Positions 8,723 through 18,894 are shown, counted from the stretch's first letter. The stretch is 64,000 nt of DNA from Syntrophaceae bacterium (GCA_018056765.1 JAGPFA010000011.1:6057-70056), one strand, 5' to 3'. Numbers and translations: made by a program. Notes: generated from the letters alone by a model not told the origin.

Positions 8723-10357
8723 ATGGACTACCCATGGCATAAGCATTATGCGAAAGATGTGCCACACACCCTTGACTACCCGGCGATAAGTCTTTATCAG
8801 CTTTTGAAAAACACAGCGGCCGAACATCCGGAATTTCTGGCGATGACCTTCAACGACCAGGACACGACCTACGGCGAGCTTGACGAAAAAGTGGACAAAT
8901 TCGCCGCCATTCTTCGCCAACAGGGGGTTAGCAAAGGGGATCGCGTGGCTTTGATTCTGATCAATTCCCCAATTTATGTCATTGCTTTTTTTGCCCTGAT
9001 GAAACTGGGAGCAGTTGTGGTCAATCTAAGCGTCGGCGTTACCGGCGGAGAACTGGCGTCCTGTCTCAATAACTCCGGCGCCAGACTGGCCATCACACTG
9101 GATCTGTTCGCACAGAATCTTTACCGGGTGATAAAAGACACTTCACTGGAAAAGGTCATTCTCCATTCTGTTTTCGGCCTGGAGAAAAAGCTTGCCGACT
9201 CCGAAGGAGTGCCCCGGCCGCAGGTCTATGCCGATTTGATGGCACAGGCCCCCGCCGCCGATGAGCCGGCTTCGGCCGTATCTCCTGATGATGTCGCAGT
9301 CCTGCAGCATACCAGCGGCTCCACCGGCGTCCCCAAGGCGGCGACTCTAACTCATGCCAACCTGGTGGCCAGTATTTATCAGTCCAATGCCTGGGTGGGG
9401 GCCCACGATGCGGGAAACGCGGCAGTCATCTGTGCCATACCTTTTTTTCATGTGTTCGGCCTGACTGCCTGCCTGCTCATTTCCGTCCTCAAGGGATACC
9501 GTATGCTGCTTATGCCACGCATGGACGCGATGGACATTCTCTCCATTTCCAAAATGCTTCAGACCTACAAGCCTATTTCCTTTCCGGCTGTGCCCAGCCT
9601 CTGGAGAGCAATTTTGTCTTTAAGTGACGAGGCGATACGCGAGCAGCTGTCATCAATCCATGTGGGAACAAGCGGGGGCGCACCCCTGCCGCCGGAGCTG
9701 CATCAGCGCTACCGGGCAGTCACCGGCAGTAATATCGTGGAAACCTACGGCCTTTCCGAGGCCTCGTCCGCCACTCATATGGCGCCCTATCCGCAAGGGG
9801 CTCCCATGGGCTCCGTCGGCGTGCCTCTGCCCGACGTGCAGGCAAAAATAATGGATCTGGAAACGGGCCGTCACGAATGCGCGCCGGGCGAGGTCGGAGA
9901 GATGGTCATCAAAGGGCCGCAGGTGATGAAAGGCTACTGGAATCAGCCCGGACTGACTGCCGAAAAATTAAGGGACGGCTGGCTCTACACGGGAGATCTC
10001 GCCCGCGTCGATCAGGATGGTTTTTTCTATCTGGTGGACCGCAAGGACGATATGATCATTTCCCATGGATTCAATGTCTATCCGGGACAGATAGAGGAGC
10101 TCCTGAAAGAGCATCCGGCCGTCCGGGACGCGGCGGTGATCGGAGTCGATGACCAGCTCAGGGGACAGGCGATTGTGGCCGTGGTTGCGCTAAAGGAGGG
10201 GGCTTCGGTAAAAAAAGACGAGCTTAAGGCCTTCTGCAAAGAGCGTCTGCCTGATTACCGCCTGCCGAAATCCATTCTCATCCGTGAGGTGATTCCGCGG
10301 GATCCGGCAGGAAAGCTGCTGCGCCGCGTGCTGAGGCAGGATATTGCGGGAGCGTGA
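8723..10357 (+). CDS. Long-chain/medium-chain fatty acid--CoA ligase (AMP-dependent synthetase)
   Basis: 544 aa with the AMP-binding signature LQHTSGSTGVPKAA, plus GEMVIKGPQVMKGYW, YTGDLARVDQDGFFYLVDRKDD and a C-terminal PAGKLLRR. Confidence 0.85.
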   Translation: MDYPWHKHYAKDVPHTLDYPAISLYQLLKNTAAEHPEFLAMTFNDQDTTYGELDEKVDKFAAILRQQGVSKGDRVALILINSPIYVIAFFALMKLGAVVVNLSVGVTGGELASCLNNSGARLAITLDLFAQNLYRVIKDTSLEKVILHSVFGLEKKLADSEGVPRPQVYADLMAQAPAADEPASAVSPDDVAVLQHTSGSTGVPKAATLTHANLVASIYQSNAWVGAHDAGNAAVICAIPFFHVFGLTACLLISVLKGYRMLLMPRMDAMDILSISKMLQTYKPISFPAVPSLWRAILSLSDEAIREQLSSIHVGTSGGAPLPPELHQRYRAVTGSNIVETYGLSEASSATHMAPYPQGAPMGSVGVPLPDVQAKIMDLETGRHECAPGEVGEMVIKGPQVMKGYWNQPGLTAEKLRDGWLYTGDLARVDQDGFFYLVDRKDDMIISHGFNVYPGQIEELLKEHPAVRDAAVIGVDDQLRGQAIVAVVALKEGASVKKDELKAFCKERLPDYRLPKSILIREVIPRDPAGKLLRRVLRQDIAGA

Positions 10358-10420
10358 GGTGCCGGTCCGGGCCGATCGGATGCCCCGCCGTTTTAAAAAT
10401 TTTTATAAGGAGAAATTTAC

Positions 10421-11410
10421 ATGATCGTCGTCACCGGCGGAGCCGGCTTTATCGGCAGCGCTTTTGTCTGGAAACTCAATCAGGAGGGGATTGACGATAT
10501 CGTCATCGTCGATCGCCTCGGAACATCCGATAAATGGAAAAACCTCGTCAACCTCAGGTTTGAAAATTATCTGCACAAAGACGAATTTCGTGAAATGATC
10601 CGCTGTGACACGGCGGGCTTCGATATCGAGGCGATCATTCATATGGGCGCCTGCTCATCGACGACCGAACGCGACGCCGACTACCTGTGGGACAATAACA
10701 ACAACTATACGGCTCTTTTGGCCCGGTGGGCTATCGACCGGGGCGTCCGTTTCATCTACGCCAGCTCCGCCGCGACGTACGGCAGCGGCCGCCAGGGGTT
10801 TTCCGACGATCACGAAAAGATACCCTCACTCCGACCCATTAATATGTACGGCTACTCCAAACAGGTCTTCGACTTAAAAACGCTCCGGTGCGGCTGGGAA
10901 AGCAAAATCGCCGGCATAAAGTTTTTCAATGTTTTCGGCCCCAATGAATATCACAAAGGCGAGATGACCAGTGTGGTTTTTAAATCCTTCCATCAGATAC
11001 TTCGCACCGGCCGCGTGAAGCTGTTCAAGTCGCACCTTCCCGAATACTCCGACGGAGGGCAGATGCGTGATTTTGTATATGTGAAGGATTGCGTCGATGT
11101 GATGTGGTGGCTGTTAAAAAATGAGGGCGTCAACGGTATCTTCAATCTGGGTACCGGCCGGGCCAGAACCTGGAATGACCTGATCCGGGCCGTTTTTGAT
11201 GCGATGGGGCTTGCCCCCGAGATCGAATACATCGATATGCCCGACGAGCTGCGCAATCAGTATCAGTATTTTACCGAGGCGAAAACAGACAAGCTCCGTG
11301 GCCTGGGCTGCCCGGTGGACTTCTCCTCTCTGGAGAACTCTGTAGGCGACTACGTGCAAAATTATCTGCGGCAGACAGACCAGCATCTGGGCAATAACCG
11401 GACTGCGTGA
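10421..11410 (+). CDS. hldD: ADP-L-glycero-D-manno-heptose 6-epimerase
   Basis: MIVVTGGAGFIGS Rossmann start, plus GACSSTTE, YASSAATYG, YGYSK, FNVFGPNEYHKG, RDFVYVKD and IFNLGTGRA. These are co-linear with E. coli HldD/RfaD as I recall it. Confidence 0.85.
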   Translation: MIVVTGGAGFIGSAFVWKLNQEGIDDIVIVDRLGTSDKWKNLVNLRFENYLHKDEFREMIRCDTAGFDIEAIIHMGACSSTTERDADYLWDNNNNYTALLARWAIDRGVRFIYASSAATYGSGRQGFSDDHEKIPSLRPINMYGYSKQVFDLKTLRCGWESKIAGIKFFNVFGPNEYHKGEMTSVVFKSFHQILRTGRVKLFKSHLPEYSDGGQMRDFVYVKDCVDVMWWLLKNEGVNGIFNLGTGRARTWNDLIRAVFDAMGLAPEIEYIDMPDELRNQYQYFTEAKTDKLRGLGCPVDFSSLENSVGDYVQNYLRQTDQHLGNNRTA

Positions 11411-11500
11411 CAATAATCAGCTCAATAATAATTAGTGTCAGCCGGAGGCATGCGTAACCCGGGCTTCAACGACCCGCCGCTTCCCTGACATCCCGGAAGG

Positions 11501-12901
11501 TTACTTGGCCTGTTTGGTGGCTTTTGTGTATTTCCACAGACCGGCCAGAGCCGCCGCCGCCGCCTCGGGCGAGGTGAAAACAGGGATCGTGTTTCCCGCG
11601 ATACCGGTGATCTCCTCCACGAAATCGTCATGACCGACGACCGTGATCACGAAGGGCTTGGGCGTGGCCAGTCTGGTTCGCACCTCTTCGAGAGCGCCAA
11701 AGGCGTCCTCCAGCTTCATCCCCATTTGTTTGATGACCTTTATATAGGAATAGGGAACGGCAATGATCAAATTAGCCATGTCCACCAACGGGTCATTGAT
11801 CAGAATCTCCGTGAGCTGATTGAATAGCCCGGAGGGGCCGATGTCCAGAGGATTTTTTACATTCATCCAGCCGGGCGCGATGGCGCGCGCCTGTTTTACC
11901 GTCGTGTCGGACAAGGGTCCCACCAGCAGTCCACCCGCAACCGCGACATCCGTAGCCAGCGCTCCCATGCTGCCGCTGGAGGTGACAATACCCAGTCGGT
12001 TACCTTGTGGCAGAGGCTGGGTTGTAAATACTTTGGCAAAGTCGATTAACTCGGGCAGGCTCTCGGCACGCACCGTTGCGGTTTGCGCGAAAATGCCGTT
12101 GTAGATCTCATCCTCGCCGGAGAGGCTTCCCGTGTGAGAGGCGGTCGCCCGTTTGCCTTCGCTGGTTTTCCCGCTTTTTAAAATAATGACCGGCTTCTTT
12201 TTCGTAACGCGCGACAGTGTTTTATGAAGGCGTTTACCATCGGCAGCCCCTTCAAGATAAATGGCGATGACCCTGGTCGCCGGATCTTCATAAAGATAAT
12301 CGAGCATGTCGCACTCATTGACATCGAGTCTGTTGCCCAGGGTAATGGCTTTGGCCACATGGATCCGGCGCTGATGGAGAAAATCAAGCAGGATATTTCC
12401 GAACACACCGCTTTGGGCGATGATGGAAAGGGGCCCGGGTGTCAGGGCTTCATCAAGCAGCTCCACAGAGGCGAATCTGTTTTCCATATTGATCACGCCC
12501 ACACAGTTGGGGCCGATTACTCTGAGGCCAAGGCGCCTGGCCAATCTTTTCACTTCTTCCTGGCGTTCGCGGCCTTCCTCGTCTGTCTCGGCAAAGCCGG
12601 CGCTTTCAATGATTACATGCCGGATGCCGCGGGCGGCGATTTCCGTTAATGCCACCGGTACAGCATCGGCCGGGACAATAACGATGGCCAGATCTGCCGG
12701 ACCGGGCACATCGGCTATTCTCCGGTAAGCTTTCAGGCCCTCGATTTCACCACCCGATGGATTTACCAAAAAAGTCCGGTCTCCCCATCCGTGTTTTTTT
12801 AAAAAAGTGGGAAGGCCGAACCCAAACCCCATTGATCTGCGCGCGCCTACGATCAAAACACCTTCAGGACTGAAAAAACTGTGAAAATCATCTGCGGCCA
12901 T
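11501..12901 (-). CDS. ADP-forming acetyl/acyl-CoA synthetase alpha-domain protein (CoA-binding, succinyl-CoA-ligase-like)
   Basis: 466 aa with a CoA-binding N-terminus (VLIVGARRS...VNPSGGEIEGLKAY), GPNCVGV, and SGKTSEGKRATASHTGSL containing the phospho-His loop. No separate beta/ATP-grasp subunit is adjacent. Confidence 0.7.
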   Translation of the reverse strand: MAADDFHSFFSPEGVLIVGARRSMGFGFGLPTFLKKHGWGDRTFLVNPSGGEIEGLKAYRRIADVPGPADLAIVIVPADAVPVALTEIAARGIRHVIIESAGFAETDEEGRERQEEVKRLARRLGLRVIGPNCVGVINMENRFASVELLDEALTPGPLSIIAQSGVFGNILLDFLHQRRIHVAKAITLGNRLDVNECDMLDYLYEDPATRVIAIYLEGAADGKRLHKTLSRVTKKKPVIILKSGKTSEGKRATASHTGSLSGEDEIYNGIFAQTATVRAESLPELIDFAKVFTTQPLPQGNRLGIVTSSGSMGALATDVAVAGGLLVGPLSDTTVKQARAIAPGWMNVKNPLDIGPSGLFNQLTEILINDPLVDMANLIIAVPYSYIKVIKQMGMKLEDAFGALEEVRTRLATPKPFVITVVGHDDFVEEITGIAGNTIPVFTSPEAAAAALAGLWKYTKATKQAK

Positions 12902-13156
12902 GGCGAAACTCCAAAGTAACTTTTTTTGACCCGTCTCCCAATACCGGTGTATTCAAGTTTCGGTCCCTACCCACTTAACATATTTTCCCCCTCTTGGGAA
13001 ATGCTGTGTGAAACGTGCGCCGTCCACCGCACGGCAACTCAGGGCCTGTCGATCCGCCGATCACGCTTCATCACCGGGCAAAAAGCGCCTGTTGACAAGC
13101 TAAATTTCATAACCATTTTAAAGTCCGTAAAGACCGATCCAAGAGGTTGCCGCCCC

Positions 13157-14284
13157 ATGTCCTCCCGAAACCGTTTTGCATTTCGTTTCATTGTCGTCAC
13201 ACTGGTTTTCTTCCTTGCGTGGCTGGCCTGGCAAAATGTTTCTGATTTCCGCACACGATCAATCCAAAAACATGACACGGCACCGAGAACAGTCACCGCA
13301 CGCGGCGATCTGGCCGGAGACGAACAGGCAACCATCGAACTATTCGAGAAATCAAAGAGCTCCGTGGTCTATATCACTACCAAAGCACTGGTGCGCGACT
13401 TCTGGACACGCAATGTTTTTTCCGTGCCCAGAGGCACTGGATCGGGCTTCATCTGGGATGATGCAGGCCATATCATAACCAATTACCATGTGATTGAAGG
13501 TGCCAGTGAAGCAATCGTCAAGTTGAGCGACGGCAGCGACTATAAAGCTTCTCTTACAGGGGCGAGCCCCGCTCATGACATCGCTGTTTTGCATATCGGC
13601 GCCGACATGCCACGCCTGGCCGCCGTGCCGCTGGGTACCAGCCACGACCTCAGGGTCGGCCAGAAAGTTTTTGCCATCGGCAATCCGTTTGGCCTGGACT
13701 GGACTTTGACCACCGGCATTGTCTCTGCGCTGGACCGGTCTTTGAGCGGCGAAAACGGCACCATCGAGCATCTGATTCAAACCGATGCGGCCATCAATCC
13801 GGGAAACTCCGGCGGACCGCTGCTTGATTCCGCAGGAAGACTCATCGGCATCAATACGGCCATATACAGCCCCAGCGGGGCGAGTGCAGGCATCGGTTTT
13901 GCCGTGCCGGTGGATACTTTAAACCGTGTTGTACCGGAAATAATCAAAAACGGAGAATATATCAGGCCGTCTCTGGGGATCGAACTCGACGAGAGAATAA
14001 ATCAGCGTTTGAAAGCCATCGTTCAAGTCAAAGGTGTGGTGATCATGAAAGTGCCGGCCGGAACGGCGGCCGCGCGGGCCGGGTTGCGTGGGGCAAAGAT
14101 CACCGGAGACGGACAGCTGATTCCCGGTGATATCATTATGGCCGCCGCCGGCAGGCCGGTGGATACGGTAGGCAAGCTCAATGCGGCTTTAGACGACCAC
14201 CAGGCGGGCCAAACGCTGAGTCTCACTGTTTTGCGTGACGGCCGGACGATGGAGATCCCCGTCAGGCTGCAATCAGGAAACTGA
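13157..14284 (+). CDS. HtrA/DegP-family periplasmic serine protease with one PDZ domain
   Basis: Catalytic triad contexts TNYHV, HDIAVL and GNSGGPL, with a C-terminal PDZ domain. Start chosen at MSSRNRFAF (ATG 13157) ahead of a TM/signal anchor. Confidence 0.85.
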   Translation: MSSRNRFAFRFIVVTLVFFLAWLAWQNVSDFRTRSIQKHDTAPRTVTARGDLAGDEQATIELFEKSKSSVVYITTKALVRDFWTRNVFSVPRGTGSGFIWDDAGHIITNYHVIEGASEAIVKLSDGSDYKASLTGASPAHDIAVLHIGADMPRLAAVPLGTSHDLRVGQKVFAIGNPFGLDWTLTTGIVSALDRSLSGENGTIEHLIQTDAAINPGNSGGPLLDSAGRLIGINTAIYSPSGASAGIGFAVPVDTLNRVVPEIIKNGEYIRPSLGIELDERINQRLKAIVQVKGVVIMKVPAGTAAARAGLRGAKITGDGQLIPGDIIMAAAGRPVDTVGKLNAALDDHQAGQTLSLTVLRDGRTMEIPVRLQSGN

Positions 14285-14296
14285 AGGAACGTTTTC

Positions 14297-14716
14297 TCAG
14301 ATAGAGTTTTCCCAGCCCTGACCAAAATCCGCCAGTGGCCGCAGGTCTGTTACAGAGAAGGTAACCGCGGCACGCATCATTTTGGCCGCAGCCTCTCCCG
14401 CTCTTTCGGCAATTACTTTTTTCATCATATCGAGCGTCTCTCCCTCTGTCTCGCATTTCATCATTTTCAGATAAATGCGCAGACCTTTCCATTCCATGAT
14501 GCTTTTACCCGGCTCCAGGATGAAATAGCAGGCGTGCGGATTCTCCTGCAGATTGGCCAGTGTTTTGTTGTCCCCCAGGGTCACAATGACCGTTGATTCA
14601 TCAAGCATGCGCGGCGAGCCGAAATAGGCGCAATCCACTTCGCCCGACTGCGCACTGGTGGCGAGCACCCCGAGCCGGTCTTCCCTGTTGAAATACTCCA
14701 TCAGACTCTTGGCCAT
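14297..14716 (-). CDS. Pyridoxamine 5'-phosphate oxidase-like FMN-binding family protein
   Basis: 139 aa. The pattern LGVLATS...VDCAYFGSP...ENPHACYFILEP resembles split-barrel PNPOx-like proteins. The assignment is tentative. Confidence 0.55.
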   Translation of the reverse strand: MAKSLMEYFNREDRLGVLATSAQSGEVDCAYFGSPRMLDESTVIVTLGDNKTLANLQENPHACYFILEPGKSIMEWKGLRIYLKMMKCETEGETLDMMKKVIAERAGEAAAKMMRAAVTFSVTDLRPLADFGQGWENSI

Positions 14717-14824
14717 GGTCTTTCCCCCCTTGTTTTGATTGCTCCTGCTTCAAGTTTGAATATACGGCAAAATAACTTATTTCCCGCTTCCTCGCCCGTC
14801 TTTTTACCGGCGCAACTGCGCCGG

Positions 14825-15463
14825 TCACTTTTGGCCGCCGAATACCCGTTCCATTTCCGCATGAAATGCATCAGCACCTGCCTGGCTGTAAATACAGGCT
14901 TGCCAGCCTTTTTGCCTGGCTCGTTCTACATTTCCAGGGTCATCGTCGATAAATAAAATCCCTTCCGGCTTCGTCTTGAGTTCCGCGGCAATGTCATCAA
15001 ACAAAGTTGCGTCCCGCTTTCCTTTCCCCCGGTGGAAGCTGTTGAATACATAGTCGAAGTATTTGAAAAAATCGTCGCGCTCATTTAGCTGGTCGAGCCA
15101 ATCCGTCTGGTCGCTTAAAATGCCGATGGTGATGCCGCCCGCCCTGAGCCGTTTTGCCAAAGCGATCATCCGCTGGTCAAGCACGAAGCGGGGCATCAGC
15201 TCACCGGTAAACAAGGCTTCGTCTCCGCGAATGCCTGTCTTTATTTTCAGGGCATGCCAAAAATCGCTCTGCGAAACTTTCCCGAGGATATAGCCTGTTT
15301 CATAGACAGTATCAGCTGCGGTCTGGATAAACTTATCGGCGTCCAGGCCGTTTGCCTCAGCGATGATGCTTAGTCCTTTTTTCCAACCCTCCGCCGAGAG
15401 CACCCCGCCGTAATCAAACAAGACCACGTCGGGCTTGCCGTAAATCACGCATGATTTTACCAA
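14825..15463 (-). CDS. HAD-superfamily hydrolase
   Basis: Motif I VLFDYGGVL (DxG), a LSDQT-type motif II region, and motif IV FIDDDPGNV. Confidence 0.75.
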   Translation of the reverse strand: MVKSCVIYGKPDVVLFDYGGVLSAEGWKKGLSIIAEANGLDADKFIQTAADTVYETGYILGKVSQSDFWHALKIKTGIRGDEALFTGELMPRFVLDQRMIALAKRLRAGGITIGILSDQTDWLDQLNERDDFFKYFDYVFNSFHRGKGKRDATLFDDIAAELKTKPEGILFIDDDPGNVERARQKGWQACIYSQAGADAFHAEMERVFGGQK

Positions 15464-15522
15464 TGTTTCACCCTTGTTGTAATATTGAATATCCGCCGTC
15501 TCCGCCTCTTTTCGGGCAACCT

Positions 15523-16455
15523 CTACAAGCCTCTCATGAACTCGGGACGCAACAGGCGCTCGTCCTTCCGGGAAATCAGCATGTTTAACTGATCGAGCAT
15601 TTTTTCCTTGTCACGTGGCAGCGTGCCGCGAATCGCGAAATAGTTGGACGCATGCATCGAACTGAAAAAGCAGTTGGTAAAAGTACAAAGCTCCACTAGT
15701 GAGCGCAATTCTTTGAGTGAGTCAAACGGTGTGACAAGAGAGAAGCGGCCGTCAAGAACTTCCTGGTGAAGCTGCGTTCCGGGAATCAGTGTCAAGGTCA
15801 GAGCACCGACATAATCAGGGTCCATCCTGGTGAGCGCCCTGGCCGTTTCCTCCACATGGCTTTTACTTCCCGCGACACCGCCGAGGCCGAGAATGACGGT
15901 TACGGAAAGCAGGATGCCGGCCTCTTTTACTTTTTGCGCCGCCTCCACCATCTGGTCCTGCGTGACGTTTTTTTTGATATGCTCAAGCACTTTGTCGTCG
16001 CCGCTTTCCACACCCATGTAGAGAATACCGAGCTTTTGCTCCCGGAGTGTCTTTAACTCATCCACCTTGCGCCGGAGAATATCCTGCGGCGTCGCGTAAC
16101 TGGCGATACGTTCAATACGGGGGAATTTCGCATTTAGATATTCAAGTGCTTCCAGAAGCTTCGGGTAAGGATAGACCAAAGCGTCGCCGTCCTGGAGAAA
16201 TACTTTTTTCCCGTCCCATCCATGGGCGATTGCATAAACAATATCGGGCTGACCAGGCACCCACATACGGGATTTTACGAACAGCGCAAGAGCGTCGATT
16301 TCCCGCTTGACGTCTTCGAGATCGCGCAGACCGAGATTCGTAAAAGAAAAATTACAGAAAGTGCACGAATTATTGGAACAGCCTGAGGTGAGCGGCAGAT
16401 AGTAGCTGGCATGTTCACTGGGAGGTCTGATGATATCCGGTCTTACAAATGACAT
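15523..16455 (-). CDS. Radical SAM domain protein (unknown substrate)
   Basis: Cluster motif GCSNNSCTFCNF (CX4CX2C spacing as read), GDALVYP and GVESGDDKVL glycine-rich/SAM-binding-like segments, about 310 aa. Start at MSFVRPD (ATG complement 16453-16455). Confidence 0.8.
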   Translation of the reverse strand: MSFVRPDIIRPPSEHASYYLPLTSGCSNNSCTFCNFSFTNLGLRDLEDVKREIDALALFVKSRMWVPGQPDIVYAIAHGWDGKKVFLQDGDALVYPYPKLLEALEYLNAKFPRIERIASYATPQDILRRKVDELKTLREQKLGILYMGVESGDDKVLEHIKKNVTQDQMVEAAQKVKEAGILLSVTVILGLGGVAGSKSHVEETARALTRMDPDYVGALTLTLIPGTQLHQEVLDGRFSLVTPFDSLKELRSLVELCTFTNCFFSSMHASNYFAIRGTLPRDKEKMLDQLNMLISRKDERLLRPEFMRGL

Positions 16456-16844
16456 TTTTTCATCCTTTTGCTTTCGGTACGGGGCTAACATATAGGTGCA
16501 CAACATGTTTTGTCAAGAGACTGAGCTGGCGGTCAATCCCGCCGGCAAAACCATCGCCTGCCGTACATTCTTGTATTTGCCGGCGAGGCATGAGCAATAA
16601 TTAATACCGTTACCTGAGGGATAGAAATCATCCGTTTCCTGTGGTATTTTACCTGTATTCCGGGCTGTTAAATATCGTCATGCCCGCAAACGGCTGGCCA
16701 AACCCTGAGGAAGCCATCCACGTGGAAAAGAACAGGACGGCCGGCCACTTTCGTACAGGGAAAATGCAAAGATCCGGAATTAACCCGGCAGTTTACCTGC
16801 CGGGCAGGCTTTGAAGAGCGGCAAAGTCAACGCCAGGAGAGCTT

Positions 16845-17048
16845 ATGGAATGTAAAATTGAAAACAACATGAAACGCTGCAACTGCACCTACAACCCCTG
16901 CAGCCGCAAAGGAATCTGTTGCGACTGCGTCTTTTATCATCTGAAAAAACGACAACTGCCCGCATGCTTTTTCCCGCCGGATGCAGAAAGCACCTTTGAC
17001 CGCTCCTTCGAGCACTTTGCCTCTCTGGTAGCAAAAAAGCGGGTCTGA
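16845..17048 (+). CDS. Small cysteine-rich protein (7 Cys in 67 aa), conserved hypothetical type
   Basis: MECKIENNMKRCNCTYNPCSRKGICCDCVFYHLKKRQLPACFF. SD-like AGGAGAG lies 6 nt upstream of the ATG. It is divergent from the radical SAM gene. Confidence 0.55.
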   Translation: MECKIENNMKRCNCTYNPCSRKGICCDCVFYHLKKRQLPACFFPPDAESTFDRSFEHFASLVAKKRV

Positions 17049-17253
17049 TGCCCCGGATGAAATTGCAGGAAAACCCATAAGTAGCCAACAGAAAAAAAGC
17101 TCATGCAGTTAGCATCGGGGCAATAATCGTAAGAGGACTGATAAATTTTGCCACCCGGTCCATTTTTGCAGAAAAATAACCGGATTGACAAAAATCAATA
17201 CCCGTGCCAGAAGCGAAAAGAAAATTTGCCGGATGCGGAGGTTCAGGAATCTT

Positions 17254-18498
17254 ATGGAAAATCTCTCACAGCTGCAGGCGCGCTACGACGCCCTCAAAGG
17301 ATTGAATCTGAAGCTTAATATCGAAAGGGGCCAGCCGGGCGATGACAATTTCGCCTTGTCCAATGAGCTTCTGACCATCGTCACGGAAAAAGATATCATC
17401 ACCCGAAGCGGCCTGGATATCCGCAATTATCCCGGCGGCGTTTTGGGGCTGCCGGAAGCGCGTGAACTGTTCGCCCCCCTGCTGGGCGCAAAGCCCGAGG
17501 AAACACTGGTCGGCAATAACGCAAGTCTCCTGATTATTTCCAAAGTGCTGATGTGGGCAATGTTAAAGGGGCTTTTGAACAGTCCCGCCCCTTGGTGCAG
17601 GGAAAACAAACCGAAAATGATCGTCACGGTTCCCGGCTATGACCGGCACTTCACACTCCTTCACGAAATCGGCTTTGAGATGGTTGCCGTGCGGATGACC
17701 AAGGAAGGGCCGGATATGAACGCGGTGGAAAAGGCGGCGGCAGACCCGCTCGTCAAGGGCATTCTTTTTGTACCCACCTATTCCAACCCAACCGGCGACA
17801 CTGTATCGGATGCCACAGTCGGCCGGCTGGCCGCGATGAAAACAGGTGCCGCTGATTTTACCATATTTGCCGACGACGCCTATGTGATCCACCATCTGAC
17901 GGACAACCCCCGGCGTCCCAAAAGCCTGCTGCGCGCCTGCGAAGAAGCAGGCAACCCTGACCGTGTGTACGTTTTTAGCTCGACTTCCAAAACGACATTC
18001 GCCGGTGGCGGCCTGGGTTTCATGGCCACCAGCCCGGCTAATCTGGCCTATATCGCTAAGCTTTTCGGTTCGATGTTCATCGGCCCGGACAAGGCCGCTC
18101 AGCTGCGCCATGTCAAATTTCTCAACTCATACCCGGGGGGCATTGCCGGCCTAATGAAAGAGCATGCCCGGCTGCTCAAACCCAAGTTCCAGGCAACGCT
18201 CAGAATTCTGGAAAAAGAACTGGGAGGAAAGGGGCTCGCTACCTGGAGCAATCCGGAAGGCGGTTATTTTATCAGCCTCGATACTGCCAGACCGGTGGCC
18301 AGGCGGGCGGTGGCCTTGTGCAAGGAAGCAGGCGTAGCCATCACGCCGGCGGGCGCGACCTTCCCTTTCGGAAAGGACCCGGCCGACGCTAATATTCGTA
18401 TTTCACCGACCAGGCCGCCCGTTAGCGAACTGGAAAAGGCCATCGAGGTACTGGCGGTAAGTATTAAACTGGCAACGGCTGAGTATGACCGGGGCTAA
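17254..18498 (+). CDS. Class I/II PLP-dependent aminotransferase
   Basis: About 415 aa. VPTYSNPTG and SSTSKTTFAGGGLGFM (PLP-lysine context) are typical of fold-type I aminotransferases. Start chosen at MENLSQL (ATG 17254). Confidence 0.8.
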   Translation: MENLSQLQARYDALKGLNLKLNIERGQPGDDNFALSNELLTIVTEKDIITRSGLDIRNYPGGVLGLPEARELFAPLLGAKPEETLVGNNASLLIISKVLMWAMLKGLLNSPAPWCRENKPKMIVTVPGYDRHFTLLHEIGFEMVAVRMTKEGPDMNAVEKAAADPLVKGILFVPTYSNPTGDTVSDATVGRLAAMKTGAADFTIFADDAYVIHHLTDNPRRPKSLLRACEEAGNPDRVYVFSSTSKTTFAGGGLGFMATSPANLAYIAKLFGSMFIGPDKAAQLRHVKFLNSYPGGIAGLMKEHARLLKPKFQATLRILEKELGGKGLATWSNPEGGYFISLDTARPVARRAVALCKEAGVAITPAGATFPFGKDPADANIRISPTRPPVSELEKAIEVLAVSIKLATAEYDRG

Positions 18499-18540
18499 TC
18501 TTTATGCGCCAGTAACTCCCGTATCCAAACAACCACTGCC

Positions 18541-18658
18541 TTTCGCCTTCAGCCTTTCGCCTTTATCCTTTAGCCTTTATCCTTTAGCCTTTATCCTTTA
18601 GCCTTCAGCCTTTAGCCTTTAGCCTTTAGCCTTTATCCTTTGTCCTTTAGCTTTGCCC
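18541..18658. repeat. Heptamer tandem array A (about 17 units of TTTAGCC / CCTTTAG and variants)
   Basis: Read directly: TTTCGCC TTCAGCC TTTCGCC TTTATCC TTTAGCC TTTATCC TTTAGCC TTTATCC TTTAGCC TTCAGCC TTTAGCC x3 TTTATCC TTTGTCC TTTAGC TTTGCCC. Confidence 0.95.
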
Positions 18659-18736
18659 TCTAACCCTCAAATCATCTAATTTTCTAATCTTCTCCACTTC
18701 TACCCCTCCAATCCTCCGGTCGCTTAGCTTTTACTG

Positions 18737-18771
18737 GCCGTTCATGCTGAGCCCGTCGAAGTATGAACGGC
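18737..18771. other. 9-bp perfect inverted repeat / hairpin between the two heptamer arrays
   Basis: GCCGTTCAT - 17 nt (GCTGAGCCCGTCGAAGT) - ATGAACGGC. Confidence 0.8.
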
Positions 18772-18810
18772 GTATCATGAACTACGAGCTGATCGCCAGC
18801 CACCATTGCC

Positions 18811-18894
18811 TTTAGCCTTTAGCCTCTGGCCTTTCGCCTTTAGCCTTTAGCCTTTCGCCTTTATCCTTTGTCCTTTAGCCTTTATCCTTTATCC
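18811..18894. repeat. Heptamer tandem array B (12 units, same orientation and unit family as array A)
   Basis: TTTAGCC TTTAGCC TCTGGCC TTTCGCC TTTAGCC TTTAGCC TTTCGCC TTTATCC TTTGTCC TTTAGCC TTTATCC TTTATCC. Both arrays are preceded by a CCAC(T/C)..TGCC-like lead-in. Confidence 0.95.

Noticed and set aside
12926-13156. 77-codon N-terminal extension of the HtrA-family ORF. Similar upstream extensions occur at 1075 (TonB-like), 1986 (purL), 17185 (aminotransferase), 24726 (RodZ-like) and 29894 (bamA).
   Set aside because: The extensions lack homology-like sequence. Internal ATGs that sit ahead of signal peptides or TM anchors, or (for purL and the aminotransferase) after Shine-Dalgarno sequences, give products of canonical length.
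18541-18894. Possibility that the repeat region is a CRISPR array
   Set aside because: The repeat period is 7 bp with no spacers. No cas genes are nearby. CRISPR repeats are 23-50 bp and are separated by unique spacers of similar length.
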